Assembly: GCA_018971365.1 (NCBI GenBank)
Contig: JAGXAZ010000003.1
Span: forward strand, 1-39,125
Direction: 5' to 3'
DNA length: 39,125 nucleotides
Source: Gammaproteobacteria bacterium
GTDB lineage: Bacteria; Pseudomonadota; Gammaproteobacteria; Natronospirales; REEB76
In this document: piece by piece, positions 1 to 9,693 of the stretch
How the letters are laid out: each line of letters begins with the position of its first letter
Numbering within the stretch: position 1 is the stretch's first letter
Program-made: the position numbers and the translations under genes
The notes under the pieces: model-generated
What the model was told of the DNA's origin: nothing
What the model saw: only the letters and a program-made list of their open reading frames with translations
The model's database searches: none

Positions 1-196
1 CCCAACGGATGGCGGTGTTCTTGGCGAGGATGGTGATGCCGCGCTCGCGCTCCAGATCGTTGGAATCCATGACGCGCTCGGGAACGGCGGCGCGCGCATC
101 CAGCGTGCCGGACTGGCGCAGCAGCTGGTCCACGAGCGTGGTCTTGCCGTGGTCTACATGGGCGATGATGGCTATGTTGCGCAGGTCTTCAGTCAC
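1..196 (-). CDS. typA: Translational GTPase TypA/BipA, N-terminal part (runs off the window edge)
   Basis: Manual translation from GTG at 196: [66 protein letters not shown]1 motif AHVDHGKTT and G2 RGITI have the TypA-type context. Not in the ORF track because it is truncated. Confidence 0.96.
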   Translation of the reverse strand, partial: MTEDLRNIAIIAHVDHGKTTLVDQLLRQSGTLDARAAVPERVMDSNDLERERGITILAKNTAIRW

Positions 197-227
197 TGGG
201 GGGTGCCGCGAGCGGAAAAAGCGCGGC

Positions 228-233
228 ATTATA
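228..233 (-). promoter_or_regulatory. Candidate sigma70 -10 element for typA
   Basis: Perfect TATAAT on the minus strand about 30 nt upstream of the GTG; no convincing -35. Confidence 0.4.
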
Positions 234-301
234 CGTGTTTTACCGATGGCCATGCCGCTGCCTGCGAGAAAAACCCATGGGATTTCAGGCGCTTGAAAGC
301 A

Positions 302-330
302 TGGACAGCATCGCTTAACAAGCGTATGCT
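302..330 (+). promoter_or_regulatory. Candidate sigma70 promoter of the RRM gene
   Basis: TGGACA (302-307), 17 nt spacer, TATGCT (325-330). Confidence 0.5.
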
Positions 331-529
331 CTCGCCCCCGTTCGGTACCTGTCAGTTTGCCTGTCGACGCTTTTGGGGTGTTCCCTGCTCGCCGTCATCA
401 AATGATCAGCAACGAACAACAGTCGAATGCCGCGATCTCCGAATCCCGGCATATCGTCTGGACAAGTGCCACCGTTCCGGGCTGTCCCGGCGCGGTGGGT
501 GTTATTGACCAGCAGAGTGAAACAAGCAT

Positions 530-811
530 ATGACGTCTATCTACGTGGGCAATCTGCCCTTTTCCGCTTCCGAAGAGGAAGTACGTTCCAAGTTCGAGCC
601 GTTCGGCACCGTGCATTCGGTAAAGCTGATCTCCGACCGCGATACCGGCCGCCCTCGCGGCTTTGCCTTCGTGGAAATGGATCAGGGCGCGGCACAAAAA
701 GCCATCCAGGAATTGAATGGCAAGGACATGGGTGGCCGTCCCCTGCGCGTCAACGAAGCGCAGGAACGGCAGCCCCGCCAGCAAGGCGGCGGCCGCGGCG
801 GCCGTTGGTAA
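530..811 (+). CDS. RRM-domain RNA-binding protein with Gly/Arg-rich tail
   Basis: RNP2 IYVGNL, RNP1 RGFAFVEM, C-terminal GGGGRGGRW. Confidence 0.96.
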   Translation: MTSIYVGNLPFSASEEEVRSKFEPFGTVHSVKLISDRDTGRPRGFAFVEMDQGAAQKAIQELNGKDMGGRPLRVNEAQERQPRQQGGGRGGRW

Positions 812-832
812 TCCAGCCCGCTTGAGCATCTT

Positions 833-873
833 GGACCCCGGCGGGTTCCGCCGGGGTCCGGGTTTTGGGTTTG
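833..873 (+). terminator. Probable intrinsic terminator after the RRM gene
   Basis: 12-bp perfect stem GGACCCCGGCGG / CCGCCGGGGTCC with a GTT loop, followed by GGGTTTTGGGTTT. Confidence 0.7.
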
Positions 874-1000
874 ACCTGTTGCCGCCGGAGCCATCCTGCG
901 GAATGATCTGATATTTGTCACTTTCCGGCGGCTCAGGCCGCCTTTATCATGTCCGCGATCCTGCCGGCAGATCCCACAAACCTTTAAAGGACACTTGAAT

Positions 1001-1699
1001 ATGGAATCCTCCGCTTTGGCTTGCCTCGGCAACATTTTCGTGGATCCGAAAAAGGCGCTGCAGGACGTCCTGCCGCATGGACGCTGGGCCTGGTACCCGT
1101 TGATTGTCATGATTCTGCTCAGCATTGCCTTTACGGTCTGGTACTTTTCCACCGTGGACATGGGCTGGTTTACCAATCAGACGCTTGCAGCCATGTCCGG
1201 CAAGTACAGCGGCGATCAGCTTGAGGCCATGCGTCAAGGCTTTACCCGCGGACGTTTCCTGACCATTGGCATCGTCGGCAGCACGCTGGCCGTGGTGATT
1301 CTCCTGCTGCTGCAGGCCCTTTACTTCTTCTTCGTGGCAAAAATCAGCGGTTATGAACCGCAAACCTACGGCAAGTGGCTGAGCTTCAGCATCTGGACCA
1401 GTTTCCCCAACGTGGTGGCGACTATTGCCGCGGCTGTGGCCTACGCGTTTGCCAGCGCACAAACCAGCTATTACGCGGTGGACGTGACCTCGCTCAATAC
1501 GCTGCTGTTCCACCTACCGCTGTCGCATCCGCTCGCGGGCGTGGCCGGCAGTGTGCATCTGACCACGTTCTGGTGCCTGGCTTTGATGATTGTTGGGCTG
1601 TCGCTGTGGAGCAAAAAGAGCCTGGGAAAATCCTCGCTTATCGTGCTCACGCCCTGGGTATTGATTTACGCCGTGTGGATCATCGTGAAGCTCGTCTGA
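1001..1699 (+). CDS. Yip1-family (YknW-like) membrane protein
   Basis: NIFVDPKKAL start, about five hydrophobic segments, directly upstream of an adaptor/ABC operon. ATG 1001 chosen; TTG 995 is an alternative. Confidence 0.75.
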   Translation: MESSALACLGNIFVDPKKALQDVLPHGRWAWYPLIVMILLSIAFTVWYFSTVDMGWFTNQTLAAMSGKYSGDQLEAMRQGFTRGRFLTIGIVGSTLAVVILLLLQALYFFFVAKISGYEPQTYGKWLSFSIWTSFPNVVATIAAAVAYAFASAQTSYYAVDVTSLNTLLFHLPLSHPLAGVAGSVHLTTFWCLALMIVGLSLWSKKSLGKSSLIVLTPWVLIYAVWIIVKLV

Positions 1700-1725
1700 G
1701 ACAGCAGGACCTTCAGTCCGAGCAC

Positions 1726-1753
1726 TTGCATTCCGACTTTCAGGTGTTATACT
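1726..1753 (+). promoter_or_regulatory. Candidate internal sigma70 promoter before the adaptor gene
   Basis: TTGCAT, 16 nt spacer, TATACT with an extended -10 TG at 1745-1746, inside an AT-rich gap. Confidence 0.55.
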
Positions 1754-1785
1754 AAAATATAACACCAATACATGCGGAGACCGGC

Positions 1786-3027
1786 ATGCCGAAACAGCGC
1801 AAACTCTGGATCAGTTTGGCGATCATCGCCGGTATCATCATCCTGGTGCTCATCAGCCGGTTTGCAACGCGTGGCAGCGCCGAGAAAGTCACGGTCGCCA
1901 AGGTCGAAGCACGCACCATCCGCAGCTCGATTCTGGCCTCCGGTCAGCTAATTTACACCAATCCGGTGGAGCTCAAGCCGGAAATCATCGGCAAGATCAG
2001 CGCGATTCCCGTTGTCGAGGGCCAGATGGTCAAGAAGGACCAGGTCGTGCTGCGCATAGACCCGACGCTGTATCAGGCGGCGGTGGCCCAGGCCACGGCC
2101 GGCGTGCAACAGGCGCGACTTGCGATCGAAAGCCAGAAATTCTCCGTAGCCAATCTTCAATTGCAGTGGAACCGCCAGCAGTCACTGTTCAAGCAACACC
2201 TGGTGGATGCCAACAGCTTTGACCAGCTCACCAATCAACTGGACATCGCCAAAGTGCAACTGGATTCCCAAAAGGAAGCTGCGCGCATTGCCGAGGCCCA
2301 GTTAAGCCAAGCCCAGCAAAATCTTTCAAAGACCGTGATCCGCTCGCCGATTGACGGCATGGTCACCAGTCTGCCGGTAAAGGTTGGCGAAACCGTGATC
2401 ACCGGCACCAATATCCCGGGCTCGACACTCATGGAAATCGCCGATCCCGTCGAAGTGCTGGCCGACGTGCAGGTGGACGAGGCGGACATCGCGAACGTCA
2501 AGCTCGGCGAGGAGGCCGACATAAACGCGGTCTCCTACCCAAACGATACCTTCCACGGCAAGGTGCAGTTCATCGCCGCGTCGGTTACCAGCAGCACCAG
2601 CGTCTCAAGCACTGCCGCCACGGCCCAGCAGGGCGTGACCTTTGAAGTGAAAATCGGGCTCACCGACAAGAAGCTGCCGCGGGTACGTCCCGGGATGAGC
2701 TGTCGGGCGGAAATTTACACCCAGAGTACGCCCAATGCCATCGCCGTACCGTTGCAGGCGGTGCTGTATGAGAACAATCCCAATTCCAAAAGTCTGGAAC
2801 CCACTTCCGGCGCGTACGTGTATGTGATCCGGGACGGCAAGGCTCATAAGGTGGACGTGACTACAGGCGTGTCCAGCGACACCTACCAGGAAATCGCCTC
2901 GGGACTGAAAGCCGGAGAAACCGTGATTACCGGGCCCTACACGGTGCTGCATGCACTGAGTGACGGCGTCAAGGTTTCGGTGCTGCCGCCCGAGCAGGCC
3001 AAGGCGCAGAACCCGCAACATGAGTGA
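1786..3027 (+). CDS. Efflux periplasmic adaptor (MacA/YknX-like membrane fusion protein)
   Basis: N-terminal anchor, lipoyl halves ([18 protein letters not shown]; IRSPIDGMV), coiled hairpin, VDEADI and RPGMS motifs. Confidence 0.93.
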   Translation: MPKQRKLWISLAIIAGIIILVLISRFATRGSAEKVTVAKVEARTIRSSILASGQLIYTNPVELKPEIIGKISAIPVVEGQMVKKDQVVLRIDPTLYQAAVAQATAGVQQARLAIESQKFSVANLQLQWNRQQSLFKQHLVDANSFDQLTNQLDIAKVQLDSQKEAARIAEAQLSQAQQNLSKTVIRSPIDGMVTSLPVKVGETVITGTNIPGSTLMEIADPVEVLADVQVDEADIANVKLGEEADINAVSYPNDTFHGKVQFIAASVTSSTSVSSTAATAQQGVTFEVKIGLTDKKLPRVRPGMSCRAEIYTQSTPNAIAVPLQAVLYENNPNSKSLEPTSGAYVYVIRDGKAHKVDVTTGVSSDTYQEIASGLKAGETVITGPYTVLHALSDGVKVSVLPPEQAKAQNPQHE

Positions 3028-3739
3028 CGCTCCATTGCTGGAACTGCGCCAGGTCAGCAAGCGCTACGTCATGGGCGACAATATTTTGGATGCCCTCAAG
3101 GATGTAAACCTCAAGATCGCGCACAACGAATACGTGGCCTTCATCGGCCCCTCGGGCTCGGGCAAGTCCACCCTCATGAATATCGTCGGATGTCTGGATC
3201 GGCCGACGGGCGGCGAATACATCCTGAATGGCACGCCGGTGGCGCAGCTTGACGACAATGCGCTCGCGCACATCCGCAACCGCGAGATTGGCTTCATCTT
3301 CCAGAACTTCAATCTTTTGGGCCGCGCCAATGCGCTGCACAACGTCATGCAACCGTTGATTTACCGCGGCATAGCGCTCGGCGAGCGCCGCCGCCTCGCG
3401 AGTCAGGCGCTGCAGAATGTCGGCCTCGGCGAGCGCCTGCACCACCTGCCCAACCAGTTGTCCGGCGGCCAGCGGCAACGTGTGGCCATCGCGCGTGCGC
3501 TGGTCGGCAAACCTTCGATCCTGCTGGCCGATGAGCCTACCGGCAACCTGGATTCCAGCACCAGCAAGGATGTCATGGCGATGTTCGACACGCTGTACCG
3601 CGACGGCCACACCATCATTGTCGTAACCCACGATCCGAACATTGCCGAACACTGCCAGCGCGTGATCCATATCATGGATGGCCGGATAGTCAGCGACAAA
3701 CTGAACGGCAAGCGTCGCGAGGCGCGTGCCGGTGTATAA
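3020..3739 (+). CDS. ABC transporter ATP-binding protein (MacB/LolD/YknY type)
   Basis: Walker A GPSGSGKS, signature LSGGQRQR, Walker [20 protein letters not shown] 3020 overlaps the adaptor's 3' end. Confidence 0.95.
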   Translation: MSDAPLLELRQVSKRYVMGDNILDALKDVNLKIAHNEYVAFIGPSGSGKSTLMNIVGCLDRPTGGEYILNGTPVAQLDDNALAHIRNREIGFIFQNFNLLGRANALHNVMQPLIYRGIALGERRRLASQALQNVGLGERLHHLPNQLSGGQRQRVAIARALVGKPSILLADEPTGNLDSSTSKDVMAMFDTLYRDGHTIIVVTHDPNIAEHCQRVIHIMDGRIVSDKLNGKRREARAGV

Positions 3740-4964
3740 CCTCGCGGAAAGCCTGCGCTCGGCGCTGCAGGCGATCCGCGCCCACAAGCTGCGCAGCTTT
3801 CTCACCACGCTGGGCATCATCATCGCGGTGGCCGCGGTAATCGCCGTGGTCTCGCTGATTCAGGGCTTCAGTCATTCGGTCACCAATACCTTCGCCAACC
3901 TCGGTTCCAACGTGCTCACCATCTCGTCGAACGAAACCGACGAGGACTTTTTCAGCGGCAAGATCGTCAAGGTCACGCCCGCCGATCTGCAGGCCATCCA
4001 GCATGAAGTCACCGGCATCAGCCACATCTCGCCGCGTCTCATCCTCGCGCGCTTCGGCTCGGGCGCGGTGCTGTCCGGCAGCCAGACGGCCTACGCCGGC
4101 ATCTATGGCATTACTTCCCGCTATGAAGGCAATGCCAGTTTTTACCCGGTCATGGGCCGACTGATAAGCCCCAGCGATGATCTTGGCCATCGTCGCGTGG
4201 TAGTGATCGGTCAGACGCTGATTACGGATTTGAATTTGCCCAAGGATGCGGTTGGCGAATATCTGCAGATGTACGGCCAGTGGTTCAAGGTCGTCGGCGT
4301 ACTGAAAAAACTCGGAAACATCGGCGGTCAGGACCAGGACGACCGCGTGTACATCCCCTACGGTACCGCGCACAGTCTGCTGGGAGCCGCAACCGTGCCG
4401 GATATTGAAATCCAGGTGACGGTCAACAACCCCGGCCAGGTGCCGGCGGTCACCGGTCGCATCACCCAGGTGCTGCGGCGCATGCACCACATCAAGCCCG
4501 GGCAGGAGGATGACTTCGTGGTGCAGACTCCGGAGCAGACACTCGGCACCTTCAACCAAGTGCTGAACGCCATCACCCTGATCTTCGGCGGTATCGTGGG
4601 CATTTCGCTGCTGGTGGGCGGCATCGGCATCATGAACATCATGCTGGTGTCGGTCACCGAGCGCACCCAGGAAATCGGCATTCTCAAGAGCCTGGGTGCG
4701 CGCCGTCGCGACATCCTGCTGCAGTTCCTGATTGAAGCCGTGATTCTGTCACTGCTGGGCGGAGTCCTGGGTCTGATCCTGGGCTTCGGTGTGGGCTCAC
4801 TCATCGCACATGCCATCCCGGAGTTCCTGGGAGCGTACGTACCGTGGTGGGCGGTACTGCTGGCATTCGGTTTTGCCGCCACCGTGGGCGTGGTGTTCGG
4901 CATTGCGCCGGCGGCCAAGGCCGCGGCCCTGGATCCCATCGAAGCCCTGCGGCACGAGGCGTGA
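3732..4964 (+). CDS. ABC transporter permease, MacB/FtsX type (paralog 1)
   Basis: [13 protein letters not shown], large periplasmic loop, [32 protein letters not shown] 3732 aligns with the paralog's start; 3726 is an alternative. Confidence 0.93.
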   Translation: MYNLAESLRSALQAIRAHKLRSFLTTLGIIIAVAAVIAVVSLIQGFSHSVTNTFANLGSNVLTISSNETDEDFFSGKIVKVTPADLQAIQHEVTGISHISPRLILARFGSGAVLSGSQTAYAGIYGITSRYEGNASFYPVMGRLISPSDDLGHRRVVVIGQTLITDLNLPKDAVGEYLQMYGQWFKVVGVLKKLGNIGGQDQDDRVYIPYGTAHSLLGAATVPDIEIQVTVNNPGQVPAVTGRITQVLRRMHHIKPGQEDDFVVQTPEQTLGTFNQVLNAITLIFGGIVGISLLVGGIGIMNIMLVSVTERTQEIGILKSLGARRRDILLQFLIEAVILSLLGGVLGLILGFGVGSLIAHAIPEFLGAYVPWWAVLLAFGFAATVGVVFGIAPAAKAAALDPIEALRHEA

Positions 4965-4977
4965 ACACGGCGCACCC

Positions 4978-6204
4978 ATGTACACACTGATCGAAAGCCT
5001 GAACTCCGCACTGCAGGCAGTGGTCGCGCACAAGCTGCGCAGCGTGCTCACCATGCTCGGCATCATCATCGGCGTCATGGCGGTGATCGCCGTGGTCTCG
5101 CTCATCCAGGGTTTCAGCAACTCCGTCACCAGCGAATTCAAGGGCCTGGGTGCCGACAGCCTGACCATCCAGAGTTACCTGCCGCGCAAGCAACGCCTGG
5201 CCGGCAAAATCGCCAAGGTCACGCCCGACGATCTACTCGCCATTCAGCATGAAGTCACGGGCATCAGCAGCCTCAGCCCGATCCTTCCGGTTGGGCGGTT
5301 TTTCAATCCGGTCCGCTATCATGGGCGCAGCACCACCAGCCGCGTCATCGGCACCACGCCCGCGGGTGCGCTCAACAATGGCACCTACCCGGACCACGGG
5401 CGCTTCATTGTGCCCAGCGACGACCTGCGCCACCGGCACGTGGCGGTCATCGGCGTCACACTCATCAACAAATTGCACCTGCCGGCCGATCCCCTCGGAC
5501 AGTTCCTGCAGATTTCCGGCGACTGGTTCAAGATCGTCGGCGTGCTGCACGCACGCGGCCAGATCTTCGGTTTCGACCAGGACAATGAAGTCATCGTGCC
5601 CTACGGCGCAGCCCTCAGCATGCAGGGTGGCGCGGCGGTACCGGATATCGCCATCCAGCTCAAAGTCAACGATCCCCGCCAGATTGACGCGGTTACTGCG
5701 CGCATCACCCAGGTATTGCGGCGCCAGCATCATCTCAAGTCCGGGCAGGACGACGATTTCAAGGTGCAGACCGCGTCCGAATTGCTCGGCAGCTTCACCA
5801 GCGTGCTGAACGCCATCACCCTGATTCTGGGCGGCATCGTGGCCATTTCGCTGCTGGTAGGCGGCATCGGCATCATGAACATCATGCTGGTGTCGGTGAC
5901 CGAACGCACCCGTGAAATCGGCATCATCAAGAGTCTGGGTGCGCGGCGCCGCGACATTCTGCTGCAGTTCCTCATCGAGGCGGTCACGCTCTCGGTGATC
6001 GGCGGCATTATCGGCGTGCTGTTCGGCTACGGCATCGGCGTGCTGGCAGCGCACGCCGTCCCCGCATTCCGCGCCGCCTACGTGCCCTGGTGGGCGGTGC
6101 TGCTGGCCTTCGGCTTTTCCGCCACTGTGGGCGTGATTTTCGGCATCGCGCCCGCTGCCAAGGCCGCCGCGCTCGACCCCATCGAAGCGTTAAGATACGA
6201 ATAA
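4978..6204 (+). CDS. ABC transporter permease, MacB/FtsX type (paralog 2)
   Basis: MYTLIESL start, [45 protein letters not shown]. Confidence 0.93.
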   Translation: MYTLIESLNSALQAVVAHKLRSVLTMLGIIIGVMAVIAVVSLIQGFSNSVTSEFKGLGADSLTIQSYLPRKQRLAGKIAKVTPDDLLAIQHEVTGISSLSPILPVGRFFNPVRYHGRSTTSRVIGTTPAGALNNGTYPDHGRFIVPSDDLRHRHVAVIGVTLINKLHLPADPLGQFLQISGDWFKIVGVLHARGQIFGFDQDNEVIVPYGAALSMQGGAAVPDIAIQLKVNDPRQIDAVTARITQVLRRQHHLKSGQDDDFKVQTASELLGSFTSVLNAITLILGGIVAISLLVGGIGIMNIMLVSVTERTREIGIIKSLGARRRDILLQFLIEAVTLSVIGGIIGVLFGYGIGVLAAHAVPAFRAAYVPWWAVLLAFGFSATVGVIFGIAPAAKAAALDPIEALRYE

Positions 6205-6228
6205 GCAATAACAAACGGCGAGTGCGGC

Positions 6229-6978
6229 ATGGTTCCGCAGACGATTCCCACACTGGTCGGCCACCGCGGCTGGCCGGCACAATATCCTGAAAATACCTTG
6301 GAAGGCTTTGCTGCGGCCGTCGCTGCCGGCGCCCGCTGGCTGGAGTGCGACGTGCAACTCAGCGCCGACCACGTGCCCTTCGTGTGTCACGACGCTTCGC
6401 TCCAGCGTACGGCCGGACGCGACCTCGACATCACCGCCACCCCGGCACGCGAGCTGGATGCCATCGGCGTGGGAGAACCGGCGCGCTTCGGCGCGCGCTT
6501 CGCAGCGGTCAGGCTCGCCCGGCTGACCGCACTCGCGGACTGGCTCAAGCTCCAACCCGGCGTCACGCAATTCGTGGAGATCAAGCGCCAAAGTCTGCGG
6601 CATCACAGCATGCAGCCCGTCGTGGATGCAGTCATGGCGGCTCTGCGACCCGTGCTCAAGCAGTGCGTGGTGATTTCATTCGATCATGCGTGCCTCGAGC
6701 CCGCGATACAGCAGGGGGCCGCCCGCATTGGCTGGGCCTTGGAAACGGTCAGTGAACAGGTCCGGCATAGCGCGGCCGAATTGCGGCCCGACTATCTGTT
6801 CACTGACGAGAAACTGTTTGCGCGCATGCACACTGCGCTGCCGGGTCCATGGAAATGGATCGTGTATCACACTGAAGATGCCGCGCGGGTGCTGCAGCTC
6901 GCCGATCAGGGCGCAGACATGGTCGAAACCAACGACATCGGCACGCTCCTGACCGACGTGCACATGCACAAGCCATGA
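6229..6978 (+). CDS. Glycerophosphodiester phosphodiesterase family protein (UgpQ-like)
   Basis: GHRG...PENTLEGF, ECDV, CHD..LQRT, VEIK and ISFD motifs; no signal peptide. Confidence 0.9.
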   Translation: MVPQTIPTLVGHRGWPAQYPENTLEGFAAAVAAGARWLECDVQLSADHVPFVCHDASLQRTAGRDLDITATPARELDAIGVGEPARFGARFAAVRLARLTALADWLKLQPGVTQFVEIKRQSLRHHSMQPVVDAVMAALRPVLKQCVVISFDHACLEPAIQQGAARIGWALETVSEQVRHSAAELRPDYLFTDEKLFARMHTALPGPWKWIVYHTEDAARVLQLADQGADMVETNDIGTLLTDVHMHKP

Positions 6979-8153
6979 GCGATTATCAATTTGATCTGGT
7001 GATCGTCGGCGCCGGCATCCACGGCGCGGGCATCGCCCAGGCTGCTGCCGCAGCCGGTCACAGCGTGCTGGTGCTCGAACAGCAGGCGATTGCGGCGGGC
7101 TCTTCGAGCCGCTCCAGCAAGCTGGTCCACGGCGGCCTGCGCTATCTCGAGCAATTCGACTTCAAGCTCGTGCATGAAAGCCTGGTCGAGCGCGAGCGCC
7201 TGCTGAGGCTCGCCCCGTTGCTGGTGAAACTGGTGCCGTTCTACATTCCCATCTACCGCAACACGCGCCGCCGTCCCTGGGAAATCTGCGCCGGTCTGAG
7301 CCTATACGCGCTGCTTGGCAAGTTGCACGCGCACGCGCGTTTTCGCTCGCTGCCGCGCCGCGACTGGGATCGGCTCGGCGGACTGCAGCGTAATGGCCTG
7401 CAGGCGGTATTCCAGTACTGGGATGCGCAGACCGATGATGCCGCGCTCACCCGTGCGGTGATGAATTCCGCCACCTCGCTGCACGCGCAACTGAGCGTGC
7501 CCGCAAGCTTCAGTCACGCGGACCTCGATGATCAGGGCTGCAATGTGGTATTCAATCACGCCGGTGAGGATCGGCAGGTGCGTTGTCGCGTACTGGTGAA
7601 CGCCGCCGGTCCCTGGGTGAATCACGTCGCGGCCCGCATCCGCCCACCGTGCGCACGCGCGCGGGTGGATCTGATCCAGGGGACACATCTGATCATGGAT
7701 GGCGCGATCGTGGACAGCATCTACTACGTCGAGGCACCGCGCGATGGTCGCGCGGTGTTCATCATGCCCTGGCACGAGCACAGCACGCTCGTGGGCACCA
7801 CCGAAACTCGATTCACCGGACCGGATCCCGGCGCGGTTCATCCGTTGCCGGAAGAACAGGACTATCTGCTCGAAGTGCTGCACCGCTATTTCCCTTCGGC
7901 TCCAACTGAAATCCGTACCAGCTTCGCGGGATTGCGCGTGCTGCCGTCTGGCCCGGGCCGCGCATTCCGCCGTTCGCGCGAAATATTGCTGCTCACCGAC
8001 CGGAAACGGCAGCCGCGTATGCTGAACGTGTACGGCGGCAAACTTACTTCCTACCGCGCCGACGCGGAGCACGCCTTGCACCTGCTGCGCACCAGCCTGC
8101 CCAAGTGCGCGCCCAAGGCGGACACTCGCAGGCTGCCGCTCACTCCCGCCTAG
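6975..8153 (+). CDS. FAD-dependent glycerol-3-phosphate dehydrogenase/oxidase-like protein (short form)
   Basis: GAGIHG Rossmann motif, SSRSSKLVHGGLRYLE, NAAGPW, GTT, GGKLTSYR. ATGA overlap with the GDPD gene. Confidence 0.88.
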   Translation: MSDYQFDLVIVGAGIHGAGIAQAAAAAGHSVLVLEQQAIAAGSSSRSSKLVHGGLRYLEQFDFKLVHESLVERERLLRLAPLLVKLVPFYIPIYRNTRRRPWEICAGLSLYALLGKLHAHARFRSLPRRDWDRLGGLQRNGLQAVFQYWDAQTDDAALTRAVMNSATSLHAQLSVPASFSHADLDDQGCNVVFNHAGEDRQVRCRVLVNAAGPWVNHVAARIRPPCARARVDLIQGTHLIMDGAIVDSIYYVEAPRDGRAVFIMPWHEHSTLVGTTETRFTGPDPGAVHPLPEEQDYLLEVLHRYFPSAPTEIRTSFAGLRVLPSGPGRAFRRSREILLLTDRKRQPRMLNVYGGKLTSYRADAEHALHLLRTSLPKCAPKADTRRLPLTPA

Positions 8154-8162
8154 CGGGCCCCC

Positions 8163-9596
8163 ATGGCGCATCACCCGCCTCTGTTCCTCGCGTTGGACCA
8201 GGGCGGCCACGCGAGTCGCGCACTGGTGTTCAACGCCCGGGGCAGACTCGTGGCTGCGGCGGAAAGGCGCATTGCCACCCGGCATCCCGCCGCCAACCGC
8301 GTGGAACATGATCCCGCGGCACTGCTGGCCTCACTGCGCCAGGCCTGCCAAGGCGTGGTGCGGCAACTCGGCCCGCGTGTGGCGGATATTCACCGCGCGG
8401 CGTTGGCAACGCAGCGTTCCACCATTGTCTGCTGGAACCGGGACACCGGCCATGCGCTGTCACCGGTAATTTCCTGGCAGGACCGACGCGCGGCACGCTA
8501 CATTCAATTGCTGGCGCCGCATGCCGCACGCGTGCATCGCGTCACCGGACTGGTGCTGTCCGCGCATTACGGTGCCAGCAAAATCCGCTGGTGCCTGAAA
8601 TCACTGCCCGCCGTAAAGCGCGCCCGGCAACAGCAGTGTCTGGCGGCCGGACCGCTCGCAAGCTTCATCTTGGCAAACATGCTGACAGAGAAACCGCTGC
8701 TGACCGATCCGGTGAATGCCTCGCGGACCCTGCTATGGGATTACCGCTCGCGCACCTGGTCACCGGAGCTGCTGTCGCTCTTCGGCATCGGCGCAGAAAT
8801 CCTGCCTCGCTGTGTACCCAATGAGCACGCTTTTGGTCATGTGCGGCTGGCAAACCGAAATATTCCGCTCACTGTGGTCACCGGCGACCAGCCGGCCGCG
8901 CTGTTCGCACAGGGTCCGCCCCGTACCGACAGCATTTACATCAACCTCGGCACCGGCGCGTTCATCCAGCGGCTGCATGGCCGCCAGCCGCCGCGGGTGG
9001 CCGGGCTGCTCGGCAGCGTGCTTTGGCAGGATTCAGAGCGCGCTTTGTATGTACTAGAGGGCACGGTCAACGGTGCGGCGAGCGCACTCGCCTGGCTGCG
9101 CCGGCAGTTGGGAATTTCCGAACAGCTCATGCTCAAGAACATGCCCGGCTGGCTGGATTCCGAATCCGGCGTGCCGCTGTTTCTGAATGGCGTATCGGGA
9201 CTGGGTTCGCCTTACTGGCAAGCCGATTTTCGTTCACGCTTTATCGGCCGCGCGGATTGTGGCAAGAAATTTCTTGCGGTCATTGAAAGCATCGCGTTTC
9301 TGCTGTGCACGAATCTTGAAAGGATGCGTGCACGGCAGGCGCCCCTGCGGCGCATCGTCGCAACGGGCGGGCTGGCGAGTCGGCAAGAACTATGTCAACG
9401 TCTGGCCGACCTCAGCGGGTTACCGGTCATCAGGCCTGAGGAACGCGAAGCCACGGCGCGCGGCCTGGCCGTGCTGCTTGGCATGCCCGGCGTCGTCGAA
9501 GCCGGCCACAGCGTGTGGCAACCGAATAAAAATCGCCCTCTGCAGCAACGCTACGCAAGGTGGCAAGTCGAAATGCGCCGCGCGCTGGACCGGTAA
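8163..9596 (+). CDS. FGGY-family carbohydrate kinase, glycerol kinase-like
   Basis: LALDQG, QRST, SWQDRR, TDPVNASRTLL, GDQPAA, GTGAF, GLGSPYW, EATARG. Confidence 0.88.
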   Translation: MAHHPPLFLALDQGGHASRALVFNARGRLVAAAERRIATRHPAANRVEHDPAALLASLRQACQGVVRQLGPRVADIHRAALATQRSTIVCWNRDTGHALSPVISWQDRRAARYIQLLAPHAARVHRVTGLVLSAHYGASKIRWCLKSLPAVKRARQQQCLAAGPLASFILANMLTEKPLLTDPVNASRTLLWDYRSRTWSPELLSLFGIGAEILPRCVPNEHAFGHVRLANRNIPLTVVTGDQPAALFAQGPPRTDSIYINLGTGAFIQRLHGRQPPRVAGLLGSVLWQDSERALYVLEGTVNGAASALAWLRRQLGISEQLMLKNMPGWLDSESGVPLFLNGVSGLGSPYWQADFRSRFIGRADCGKKFLAVIESIAFLLCTNLERMRARQAPLRRIVATGGLASRQELCQRLADLSGLPVIRPEEREATARGLAVLLGMPGVVEAGHSVWQPNKNRPLQQRYARWQVEMRRALDR

Positions 9597-9693
9597 TTAA
9601 TCGCGTCGGGCGCGTTGCACACGCGCAAGGAGCAAGGTGCATCCTGCATTCTGCTGACGCAAAATGGCACCACGGCTGATGGAGGATTTTCGC

